Both the position numbers and the translations under genes were made by a program. The notes under the pieces were generated by a model that was not told the DNA's origin, did not search any database, and saw only the letters and a program-made list of their open reading frames with translations. Positions 41,057 through 54,190 of a stretch of DNA of 64,000 bases are shown here, piece by piece. Numbering within the stretch: the stretch's first letter is position 1; each line of letters begins with the position of its first letter. The stretch lies in the NCBI RefSeq assembly GCF_009914755.1, contig NC_060932.1. One strand, given 5' to 3'. Source of the stretch: the human T2T-CHM13v2.0 reference genome, Homo sapiens.

Positions 41057-43344
41057 AAGATTGTCTCAGTTCACTATCACAACTATTAGGTAGTCGTTTT
41101 TATTTATATTTGTCAGGGGAGAAAACTGAGTCCAGAAAGTCGTGACAAGTAAAAGAAGTTGCCCAAGTACACAGCTATTGGTGGGAAGATCAGCAGGGTG
41201 CCTGAGGCAAGATAGAATTTTAATAAATAAATGCCCCAGGAAAGGCACGCTCCTCTCCCTCTCTGAGTAGCCCTCTCATCTTGTTTGCTTCTTATGTTCT
41301 TCGCTTCCCTCTTTTTTTATTTCTTCCAAGAAAAACTATGATGGACATGTCTTTAAAGAGACAAAGGAAAGAAGGAAAAGATCTATTTGGATCTGCCTGA
41401 AGGTAAATGCAAGTTTTTCAGCTTAATATTGGCTGCTAGGTTATCCTAAACAGCATATATGTTCTGGGAATTTGAAGTGTGGACAGCCATCCATTGATTA
41501 ACTCTCTAAGCACATGTAGTGAAGCACATACTATGTCAGGCACATAGCATTGTGCAGAATGGAGCATACCTCTCTGCCCTCAAGGGTAACTCATATGTTA
41601 GTCTCCTTTTCCTTTCCCCATCACACAGGATGTGATGTAGCTGGGGAGGGAAGACTTGAGAAATGACTTCATCCTATAACCACGGAGATCCTCATCTCCA
41701 GGTAGATTTTCCTCACTGCCTGGCTGTCCTACCTGCTGTACAAACAAAGTACCTACATTTCTCCAATGTAATGGCACCTGACCCCAAGAGCGGTCTTAGT
41801 AGAGATTTTATATAAATGGGTTTGGGTGGGCAGGTCAGTGAGGCAGGTTGATATGCATGGAAATTATATCCCTAAAACTGCACTGTCCATGACTAGGATT
41901 GAATGTTAAAAGGAGGGGTAAATATTACCATTTGGGGTTCAAAAGTGGAAGAAGTTATTTTCTAATGGATGGCTCAGAGAGGAAAGTTGACATGGAGAAC
42001 CTGACATCTGGTCTGAGGTATGTAAGTAAGTAAATACATAAGCAAATAAACAAACGGTTAATAATTTGGCATAAGGAGAAAAGCACTCCAGGTTTGGGGC
42101 ATGTTGTAAGCATGAAATGAGAAAAAGCAGACATTATCTAAAAAGGCAAAAAGGGTTTGAGGGCACCAAAGTCACACTTTGCCGCCTTTCCACTTTTTCC
42201 CTGGAAAAGGCCAGATCCCACGGAAATATGAAAGATACAGCAGCTCAGCCAATTCTATCTTCAGAGACTCAAATGATCCCTGGACAGCCATCCTCTCCTG
42301 CAGCTATGACCTGATTTTACAGCTCAGCAGGTCTCTTTGGCCACTCTTTCTGTGATGTGGAGGTTCTTCATCCTTAGGGACCATAAACAGAACTGTATGA
42401 ATGCTATTTGTTCATGGAAGATTAAGAGACACAGACTCCCTTAAGTCTGAGAGAGTTTCATAGCAAAGCTTTGCCACTTTGCAATGAGAAACAAGCATCT
42501 CATTCTCCAGAGGGAAAACAAGAGTAAGAGCCCACCTGCTTCCTGTTGTTTCCTTTTCTCAGGGCTGGAGACATGACTCGCACATGGCCGGGTCAGCTCC
42601 CCACTGGCCCCTAGGCCAGTCCTACAGCCGGAGACAGAATGAATTTAAGATACTGGTTTTCAATGCCAGCACTCAGCATAGCTCATTGTTGAGACTTCAT
42701 GCCTGGCTCTGGTATCTGGACCTAAGTCTTGCTGTTTTGGTCTCAGTCCCTATTTGAGTAACAACATCAGAGAAGCACTCAATGCTTGCTGTCTAGAATT
42801 CCACTCTTGGGATCTAGAGTCCCATCACTGAACTAGACCTTAGTTCATGGAGTCCCCTACCTGTCAGGAGACCACTTTGATACAAGTCCAACTTTCTTCC
42901 TGAAGATTTCTTCCTGAAGATAGAGCTGTCATGATTCCTACCATTCACTGAGCATGCTCTCAAGAGACACAGCTGAACATTTCACAAGCTCAGCTAAATT
43001 TTAACTCTCACAGTAGCCCCATGAGATAAGTACAATAATTGTATATACCTTGTATACTCAGAGACAAAACAAAATATGAAATTAAGATGGGAATAATTTT
43101 GGCCTTTTAGTTTTATTAAACTTTAATTGGAAGAAAATTTAATTTGGGGAGTTTTAATTCTTCATTAAAAATATAATAACAGAAGTTCATATAGCTTAAA
43201 TTGGGTATATTTTATTTTGCTGGCCTTGTATTATTTGGAATATTTTGCCACCATTGTTTCTATTCCACATCTACTGGCCATCTCTGTCATTCAGTGTACC
43301 TGGCATATTTTGAGATGGAAAACAGAATCAGGAATGGTTTCTTT

Positions 43345-45135
43345 GTGCAGAGTGCATTGTGAGCTTAGGGTTAACTCACATAACATCCTGTCCTGAGAGT
43401 TTGGTATTTCTCTTCCTCCAGGCTAGTTAGGCTCTGATAAAATCCAAGCAGGTTAGGCTCTGAAAATTTAGTTTTTCTTGTGGGCAGGCCCTGTTAAGAT
43501 CAGAGGCTCAGCATGTATTTCAAAATGGCTGTTTTTTCCTTCTTCTTGCCAGAAGCACAAGGGAACTTTTCTCCTTTCTTCACTGTGAGAAGCTATTAGA
43601 GCTCCAAGAGGTAAAATTCATGAAAGTGCAGGGGCACCCAAAGATTGGGCCCCCATGATGGTTTTTTCTAACTGTATTTTGTAGAGCAGTTTTCTGTTTA
43701 CAGCAAAATTGAGCAGAAAGCAGAGCTCTCTCACATACTCCTGCCCCACACAGGTGCAGCCTGCCCCACTATCAACATCCCACACCTGAGTGCAACATTG
43801 GTTACAATCACTCAACCTAGATTGACATGTCATTATTACCCAAAGTTCATAGTTTACATGATGGTTCACTCTTGATGTTGTGCATTATATGGGTATTGGC
43901 AAATGTATCCAGCATTACAGTATCACGTGGAGTAATTTCAGTGGCCTAAAAATACTCTGTGCCCCATCAGTTCATCCCTCTCACCTCCCTAACCCCGATA
44001 ACCACGGATCCTTCTACTACCATAGCTTTACCTTTTCAGGATGTCATATAATGGGAATCATACAGCATTTTCAGATTCCTTCTTTCACCTAGCAAAATGA
44101 ATTTAAGATTCCTTCATGTATTTTCATTGCTAAGACAGACCATCTCTTTTTAGCACTGAATAACATTCCACTGCTTGGATGTCCCATAGTTTATCCATTC
44201 ACCTACTGAAGGGCATCTTAGTGGTTTCCCCAAGTTTTGGTAAATGTGGATAAAGCTGCTATAAACATTCATGTGCAGGTGAAAGAAGGAATCTGAACAG
44301 GCTGTATGATTACCATTATATGACATCCTGATAAAGGGCAAACTATGGTGATAGAAGGATCCGTGGTTATCAGGGATTAGGGAATTGAGAGGGATGGACT
44401 GTTTGATCATATGTTAAGAGTATGTTTAGTTTTACAAGAAACTGCCCAGCTGTCTCCCCAAAGCGCCTGTGTCATTTCCATCCTCACCAACAGTACATGA
44501 GAGTTCCTATTGCTTCAGGTTCTCACCAGCATTTGGTGTCAGTGTTCCGGATTTTGGCTGTTCCAATAGGTGTGTAGTGGTATCTCATTGTTTTAATTTG
44601 CATTTCTCTTATGACATATAATGTTGAGCATGTATTTGTCAGCTGTGTATCTTCTTTGGTGAAGTGCCTGTTCATATTGGTCATTTTTAAATCAGGTTGT
44701 TCTATGTTTTATTGTTGAGTTTTAAGAGTTCTTTGTATATATTTTGGATAAGAGTTCTTTCTCATATATGCCTTTTGCAAATATCTTCTCCCAGTCTGTG
44801 GTTTATCTTCTCATTTTCTGGACCCCCCTCTGGGTTTTTAACTCTCAGAAATGTTCAAACTAAGTCTCCAATAATTCCTCAATTACAGATTTGGTTTTCC
44901 TAATTGGTTCCCATCAAGTTTTCTGCCCTTGGGATTCTGCTCTGGTAAGCTGACATTCTTTGTATCTAATTGTCAGCCTCTGAAATTTTCAAGGCAGTGG
45001 GTTTCCCTATCACCTTGGTTCTCTGATGGATCTAAGAAGAGTTGTTGGTTTTCAGTTTGTTCGGTTATGTCTTATTATGTGAACCTAAGAGATGACTTCC
45101 AAGCTCTTTACACGCTGGACTGGGAATCAAAAGTT
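43345..45135 (-). mobile_element. Old L1M 5'-region fragment interrupted by an L1MC-type 3' fragment
   Basis: ggctctgataaaatcc...ggttaggctctg, gagctccaagaggtaaaa...gggcccc; resumes gacccccctctgggtttttaactctc...tctgatggatctaagaagagttgttg. Confidence 0.55.
43660..44818 (-). mobile_element. L1MC1-3-like 3' end with an internal inverted duplication
   Basis: tagagcagttttctgtttacagcaaaattgagcagaaag...caaagttcatagtttacat...tagtggtatctcattgttttaatttgcatttc. Confidence 0.85.
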
Positions 45136-46107
45136 TGCGTAGTCTTACTTGTTTATAATTTAAATAACTCTGTAAGTCAAGGAAAGCTGCTTGCATTATA
45201 TCCTATTTATAAATTTGAAAACTGAGTTGAGACTAACTTGCTGGCCAATAGTAACACTGATAATTGTTATCCAAGATAGAATGGAAAATCAGGTTTTTTG
45301 GCTTGCAGTTCGGGGTTCTTTCTACTGAAACTAGCTGCTTGGCATCTACCTGTTGTGTGACACTATGCAAGTCATCTGAGATCTTTGGATCTCAACTTTT
45401 GCATCTGTGAAATATTTAAAACTTTTAACAAACTTTATAATGTTATATTGTGCCTAAATAGTTTTTATATCCCCACAAGACCTCTCTCTTTGCAAAAGGA
45501 ATGGCTTGTTACAAGGCAGGTCAGCTGTGTTCTCCTCAAATCTCCAGCTTTAATAATGTGGTAAGGCACCTTATAAAGGGAAGTGACTCTGTCTTGTAGA
45601 CATGGAGAGGGAAGAGTGGGGGCAGTGAGGTGGGAGCAGGTGTGGAGCCCATTAACTGGGCTCAGCCCACATCTTAAAAAGCCGTGATGTATGGCACTGC
45701 CTTGCAGCCCTTGCTTTTTCTCTTTCTTTTTAATCATTAACCTTGCAAGCAGGAGCCTTCTTATTTTAATCTTCAAGGTTGCAGTAAGTCTTCCCATCTG
45801 TAACTGTTGGTTCCCATATGGAAGCCAACAGAAGTTCTCTCTGCTGTCAACTCAGCAACATGATGCCTTTGACAGATCTTTTTCTAAAAACAGAACTTGC
45901 TGTTTCCAAGGAGCAGTGGAAGGGACACTAGAAGAAGAATGCCAATTCCAGAGGGGTGTGAAGATCGCACTCAGAAGATCTCCTGGTGTGCCAGCCATAG
46001 GGATTGAGGACAGGCTGATTTGAGAGTTCCAGAAAACCAGTGGTAGAGGAAGAGATCTGAATTTGAAGGAAGATTTGGGTTCAAATCCTGACTTTGCTTT
46101 CTCTGAC

Positions 46108-46231
46108 CTGGGTGGAATTTTGGCGAGGACAACTTGTTTATTCATGTGCTTCAATTCTCCCATCTATCACTGGGTGGAATTTTGGCGAGGACAACTTGTT
46201 TATTCATGAGCTTCAATTCTCCCATCTATCA
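46108..46231. repeat. 62-bp tandem duplication inside a MIR
   Basis: 46108-46169 equals 46170-46231 except for one mismatch (catgtgc/catgagc). Confidence 0.95.
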
Positions 46232-46383
46232 AATTGAGAAAATAATACCCAAGTCACAGGTCTTTGCCAATATTCGAAAAAGTGCAATATTTACAAATGT
46301 GTCTTTCTCAATGCCCAGAACATGTTTCCTCCCTCCCTCCCTTCCTTTTCTATTCCTTCCGATCTTGTTCCTTAGACTATATC

Positions 46384-46745
46384 TGTATTAGTCCGTTTTC
46401 ATGCTGCTGATAAAGATATACCCAAGACTGGGGACGATACAAAAGAAAGAAGTTTATTGGACTTACTGTTCCACCTGGCTAGGGAGGCCTCACAATCATG
46501 GTGGGAGGTGAAAGGCCCATCTCACATGGCAGTGGCAAGAGAGAAAATGAGAGGCAAGCGAAACGGTTTCCCCTTATCAAAGCATCAGATCTCCTGAGAC
46601 TTATTCATTACCACAAGAACAGCGCAGGAAAGACCTGCCCTCATAATTCAATCACCTACCACCGGGTTCCTCCCACAACACATGGGAATTGTGGGAGTTA
46701 CAATTCAAGATGGTATCTGGGTGGGGACGCAACCAAACCATATCA
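46384..46745 (-). mobile_element. THE1 (THE1B/C-like) solo LTR
   Basis: tgtattagtccgttttcatgctgctgataaagatatacccaagactggg...ccaaaccatatca; TSD atatc/gtatc. Confidence 0.93.
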
Positions 46746-47512
46746 GTATCCTTCTTCAGTGATCCTTTTAGGACAAAAGCAAGATTGGAATCAGCCATGA
46801 AAGGTCTTAGTGAGTTGCCTCCTCTGTTAGACGTACAGTTTGAGATCAAGGGTGAGAAAGGAGATTAGCAGTGTCTGTGATGGCTCATCGTGACCATTTC
46901 AACATCAAGGTAATTTGCCAGACAGAGGCACAGGAGAGTGGAGTCCAGTTATGTATTTTTGGGCAAGTCTGAACCATATGCTCAGTTTCTACACCCATGA
47001 AGAGACTCGTTACACATGCAATTCTTGAGAATCAAGAAAATTGACAAGTATGTTTTGTTATGTTTCATTTGAGAAAGTTGAACACACTATGCACACATGA
47101 TATTTTATAACTAACATCTATGGGTTGGCAACTCTTTGACCTAGAGCCAGGGAAAGTCAATGTAGGAAGCCATTTAGAGTTAATCAGATAAATTGAGGCT
47201 CAAAAATTCAGTTCAAGTGACTTTACTGAATTATAAGAACTTTCATATACCTTATCTTTTCTATAAGGGGCTGACCCAGTATCAAAAAACAATCAAGTGT
47301 CCGAATTTGTCTAGAAATCCAAATGATAACCTACCTGAGAAATTCAGAATCTTGATTATTCCAAGACTATTCTGGTTTAATTTTTGTTATTATTTTCAAA
47401 AATGATAGCTTAAGTATCTGACTAGATGTTTTTTTTTCATTTTAACAACATTATTGTCATGCCTAAAAGCTAGCAGCATTCCTTAATACCATCAAAGATA
47501 ATTTTTTACATA

Positions 47513-47592
47513 TTAGTTTGGTGCAACACTAATTGTGTTTTTTTGCAATTACCTTTAATGGCAAAAACACAATTACTTTTGCACCAACCTTA
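47513..47592. mobile_element. MADE1 (Hsmar1-derived 80-bp MITE)
   Basis: ttagtttggtgcaacactaattg...aaaacacaattacttttgcaccaacctta is a palindrome of two Hsmar1 TIRs flanked by TA. Confidence 0.93.
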
Positions 47593-48844
47593 TATATATA
47601 CACACACACATATATACGTAGATATAGATAGATGTTATAAATTAGAACAGGATATAAATAATATCCACACGTTTCAATTGGTTGATACAGCTCTCAAGTC
47701 TTCTGAGTCTGTCCCCCATCTCCACTCCCACCCCCACCCCCACCATTGCTCTGACAATTTATTATTGAAGGAACCAGATCATTTATGCTGCCAAAGTTCT
47801 CATAGTTTGGATTTTGATGACTACACCCCCTGATGTCCATTAACTTTTCCCTCTGTCCTCTGTATTTTCTGTAAACTGCTGAAGCTGAAAGCTTGATCAG
47901 ATTCAAATTTCATGGTTTTTGGCAAGGCTACTTCACAGGTGGCATTGTGTCCTGATATCATTGGGCACATAATACCTGGTGGCCTCTTTTATGATATTTG
48001 CAGCCACCAAGGCTCAGTGCCTAGATCCACTAGGTTTGAAAAACTGTGATAATCCTATTCTATCATTTGTTCTTCACCTATTAGTTGGAATAGTTTTATA
48101 CAGAGAAACTTGCTCTCATCAACTATTTGGTACTAGATATACAGTCATGGAGGAAAGCTAGAATAATTGCTTGATTCTTTTTCTTTATCATTTTCAAGTG
48201 ATACATTGATTTACTGGCATCTATCACCATGTAGTCAATTTAGGTTTTTTGTGTGTGTCATTGTAAACCAAAGGATTTAAACATACTGCATTTCTCCTTC
48301 CACTGACGTTTCTTACTGTTGCTCAAATCATGCCATCTTTGGCCAGTGGGAGCCACTGCAAGTGGGTCCTGTGTCCTTTAGACATCACCCTAGTACTTGG
48401 ATTACTTCCTTGTTCTCTCATTTGAAACATGCTCAAGACTCATCTTGAACATTTCCAAAAATTTCTTTCCTTTTAGGAAGGAATGATATTTACAAACCAC
48501 AATCTGGGAACTAAGGATATGCACACTGCCAATGGAGAGGTAGGTGACTGCTTCAATGCCTTTCAGAGGACAAGGCTAGGAAATAATTCTGAAAATAAAA
48601 CACATTATAAATACACACTGATGGTTTCATTTCAAATGCCAAGCTTCAGGGTTTTTACTTAAGCTTCTTAACATATATAATTATCTCTGTTCTTAAATAC
48701 TAAAAATCTAGATATTCAAGACATTAGAAAAGATCGTATTGGAATATCATACAATTACTCATTTGTTTCATCATGTAATATGCAGACAACAGTCTTAGAG
48801 TAATATCAACAACATACCACAAATATTTGTGATTCATTTTCTGA

Positions 48845-49188
<344 letters not shown>

Positions 49189-49595
49189 TCATGTAGACTA
49201 TCTTATTTGCTTTCTTTGTCTTGCTCTTATACTTATATTGTCTGTTATTTTGCAAAAATTGAATTTCATTCTGCTGGTTACCTTTCAACTAATACTCTTA
49301 TGATAAACTTTGTTATATAGTCAGTACTCCAAAAGGAGAAATATTCTGAAGATGAGTAATTAATACAGAAGAGTTGTCTCTGGCAAACGGGAACTTAAAT
49401 CAAGACACTACTACTTATTGGTGGAGCCTTCATTTAAACCCAAGTTTGTCTGACTTCAGAGTTCCTTTTCTTTTTTTTTTTTTTTTTTTTTTTTTTACAA
49501 TAACGCAAGGTGACCTGGAGAGATAATGCTTGATAATGCTTCATATGTTTCAGTCTTGGAAGTATTCTCAAAAGAAAAATATTTTTAGGATATTT

Positions 49596-52086
49596 TAAGA
49601 TTCATATACTTTATCATCCAAACCACAACACTTTTAAGAGTAAAAGTGCATTCTAAAAGTCTGTATGTGTGTGTTTGTACATATATATATCCACATTTGG
49701 ATAAGCTCACATATGTGTGTGTGTATATATATCACATGTATGTATGCACACATCTAAATATACATATGAAAAAAGAAACAGTATCGGTAGACCTATGAAA
49801 GAGTTCTATACCAAAACTATTTTCTAAAACAAAATTTTTTTTCTACAATTTTAAGTAGCATAGATTCAAACATTTTAAGAGAAATATTACAAATCTTTTT
49901 TTATCTAAACATTAAAAATAACACTAGCAGAATTCACAACTTTAATACAACGCATAGCCATATCTGATTTTAATACAGTATCACTGATATTTTCTGACAA
50001 ATCTGTTTTTAGCAGTCATTTTTTTTTACATAAAAGTTACTGAAACCTTTTCCAAATATGCATTCTATGAATAGTAAATTTGCAATTGTTAGTACCTAAT
50101 AATTAACCTAGAGATCATAATAATTTTAATTGAGAAAACTTTCTTGCTCGAGGGAAAAAAGTCCTCTTGTAAGCTCAGAGTAGATTCTACTAAATGAAGA
50201 TTATTCTTCATTCTGTTTTATACTGAAATACATAAAAACATTGGCATACACGTTTTTACCAGTACAGCCATTTTGCCTCTATGCAGAGTGCTTTTATACA
50301 ATATATATTTTATAAGACAAAATATGTCAAGTAAATTGTATTTCCATTTTGTTTGAATATTTTACTAAATGTAGAAGCTGCAAAATTATAGGCTTTTTCA
50401 ATCTAATTCCAGTTTAGTATAAGGTATCAATTATCTAATTAAAAGTTGAAGTTAAATAAAAGGATTTTTCCCTAAATTGAACAATGTTAACATTTCAAAG
50501 TGAAATATTATATACCCTTTGAGCTCTTATCACTTAAATATTTTATTTCTTCCTCTGCCTTTGTAAGGATACATTTTAGTATCTTCCTGTTTGCAAGTTT
50601 TGTTTTTGGTAATAGCAATTTGCTTTTAACCCTCAAATTGCTTACTTTTTAAACTATCTTGAATAAAGATTTCTAAGTCATTTTTGAACAAAATGGTACC
50701 ACAATTTAGAGGACTTGTACATAATAGAAGTTCTAAAGTGCTCTAAGACACTTAGGTTTATTTACAAAGTAGTTCACATTTTCACAGGTTTTTAAACTGG
50801 GTCAATTTTAAGTAGCAATGAAGGAAAGCAGATAGATACATAGTAGGTAGGTAGGTAGATAGATAATCTCCCTCACTTGTTTAAATAGCATTTTTAATTA
50901 TGTAGCTCTGTGACCAAGATCAAGTATATTTCTGCCTCATGGTTGTTGTTTTTCTTAAATTTATTAACATTATTTGTACCACAGAACTGGTTTACAAAAA
51001 CTTGTTTTCATAATATTAACAGAAAATTTATATCTTCCATGTTAAATTTTCACTGAATTTATAATGGTATTCACAATAGTATATGTTTCATCTTTGAAGA
51101 AATGAGTTTGCAAAGCCCTCCTTTGATTTCATGTTTGGATAAAAATATTAAATATCATTGAAATTACCTGACTTTCTATATAGTTTTATCATCTAAGTGT
51201 TTGCAAAGTTCCTCTTTTGATGGTGGTAGCATATTAGCCACCATTTTGTCCCTTTTCAAACATTTACAAGAAAACATGACATCAAATATGAGTGAAAATA
51301 ATTTCTAAAAATCGTTTGATCTAAATGAAAAGTCATGCTTTACAGAGTAAAGGTGCTCTCTGAAGCTGCATGTGTGTCTGTTATATGTGCTGCCAATTTT
51401 CAGGCATGGTCTTAAAGTATAATCACTAACTTTGAAATAGATACTGAAGTTTCTTTGGCAGATCTGTATTTTCTGGAGCTAAGTGGTCAGTGATTTCATT
51501 ATCAGCCTTGTGGTGGATGGCAAACTGACAAACTTTTTTTTATAAGGAACGTGTTTCTTATCAAAACTTTTTGGGGAAAAACAGAAGGTAGGATTAAATT
51601 TAAATGTCCTTGAATGTACCCTTTAGTTTGGGGAATAATTTCTGGAATTAAATGTTTTTTACAAAATAAATAACAAAGCTTAAACATAAAACACTAAAAT
51701 TATGGTAGTTGCACACCATACAATAAATGACAGAACCAATGGATCCAAGGCATCCAGCTCATTCCTCATGCTCTCTATGGAAGGACTGTGCAGCCTCTCC
51801 TCTACACAAATATCTTTTGTATTCCTCACTATTAGTTCTCCATGCTCCCCACTGATCTGCCCCCTGACAGACTGACAGCTTTGTGCACTTCACAGGCTGT
51901 TGCCCACAGCACATTACATAGCTGGAAGGTACAACAGGTTCAAATATGTGTTCCCCCTATCACCCATGACCAGAAGGAATCACAGGAGTGAGACCCTAAT
52001 TGATTGTGTTAATTAAGTTGCACATGCAGAGTCAAGACAGGAAGAACAGATTATAGCTGGTTGACTTTCAGATTTGACAACATGTT
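49596..52086 (-). mobile_element. hAT-Blackjack-like autonomous DNA transposon fossil (probably continues ~56595-56815)
   Basis: End motif catatactttatcatccaaaccacaacacttttaagagt resembles MER81/BLACKJACK. Minus-strand peptides FAIHHKADNEITDHL and SVKHDFSFRSNDF*KLFSLIFDVMFSCK…ANMLPPSKEELCKHL resemble a hAT transposase N-terminus. Confidence 0.55.
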
Positions 52087-52100
52087 AAGAGAGAATTTGG

Positions 52101-52172
52101 GTGCTTGATTTGGCAGCACATGTTCTCACTTTGGCAGCATAATACTAACATTAAAATGATACAGAGAAGTTT
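52101..52172 (+). pseudogene. RNU6: U6 snRNA pseudogene fragments in tandem (U6 nt 1-21, then nt 1-~50)
   Basis: gtgcttgatttggcagcacat matches GTGCTCGCTTCGGCAGCACAT at 18/21. It is followed by gttctcactttggcagcataatactaacattaaaatgatacagagaag, which includes the ACAGAGA box. Confidence 0.9.
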
Positions 52173-52969
52173 GGGTAGCTATTCTTATGTCAGTCAGAAA
52201 AACAGACTTCAAAGCAATAACAGTAAAAAGAAGACCAAAAAAAGCCATTATGTAATGATAAAAGGATTGATCCAAAAAGAAGATATTACAATCCTAAATA
52301 TATATGTACCTAACTCTGGAGCTCCCAGATTCATAAAAAAAGTACTACTAGACCTAAGAAAAGAGACAGACAACAATACAATAATAGTGGGGGACTTCAA
52401 CACTCCACTGACAGCACTAGACAGATTATCAAGACAAATGGTCAACAAAGAAACACTGGTCTTAAACTGCACTCTAGAACAAATGGTGCTAGTAGATATT
52501 TATAAAACATTCTACCAAAGAACTGCAGAATAAACATTCTTCTCAGCAGCACATGGAATATTCTCCAAAATGAACCACAAAATAAGTCTCAATAAATTTT
52601 AAAAATCTAAAATAATCTCAAGTATCTTCTCAGACCACAGTGGAATAAAACTAGAAATCAACTCCTAAAGGAACCCTCAAAACTACAAATACATGGAAAT
52701 TAACCTGATCCTGAACAATTTTTTGGGTTAACAATGAAATCAAGATGGAAATTGAAAAATTTTTCAAAATGAATAATAGTGACTGACACAAGTTATCAAA
52801 ACCTCTGAGATACAGCAAAAGTAGTGCTAAGAGGAAAGTTTATAGTGCTAAGTGTCTACATCACAAGGTATGAAAGATCACAAATTGACAACCTAACATC
52901 ACACCTCAAGGAACTAGAGAAACAAGAAGAAACCAAACCCAAAGCTAGCAGAAGAAAAAAAAATAACAG

Positions 52970-53263
<294 letters not shown>

Positions 53264-53846
53264 ATAACAAAGATCAGAGCAGAGCTTAATGAAATTGAAA
53301 CAAAAAAATACAAAAGGTCAATGAAATGAAAAGTTAGCTCTTTGAAAAGATTTTTAAAAAATGGTAGACCATTAAGTAGATTAACCAAGAGAAGAAGATT
53401 AAGCTCAATTAAAAATGAAAATAGAAATATTTCAATTGACACCACAGAAATACAAAAGAACATCTGAAACGGCTATGAACACTTCTATGCACACAAACTA
53501 CAAAATCTAGAGGAAATGGAAACCTAGATGAAATGGACAAACTCCTGGAAACATACAATCCTCCTAGCTTGAATCAGGAAGAAATAGAAATCCTGAACAG
53601 ACCAATAACAAGTAGTGAGATTGAATCAGTAATAAAAAACAAATTGCCAAGAAGAAAAACCCAGGGTCAGACAGACTCACAACCAAATTCTAACAGACAT
53701 TCAAAGAAGAACTGATACCAATCCTACTGAAATGATTCTAAAAGATTAAGAAAAAGGGAATCCTCCCTAATTCATCCTATTAAACCAGTATCACCCTAAT
53801 ATCAAAGCCAAGAAAAAATGTAACAGAAAAAGAGGACTACAGACCA

Positions 53847-54190
<344 letters not shown>

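Noticed and set aside
41013-46231. Short tandem repeats (41013-41056, 42893-42921, 46108-46231) as a CRISPR-like array
   Set aside because: There are no unique spacers or cas genes and the context is eukaryotic; these are simple slippage duplications.
51382-51394. 13-nt antisense match to U6 (ggcagcacatata) 700 bp from the U6 chimera
   Set aside because: It is too short, has no TSD and does not extend, so it cannot be told from chance.
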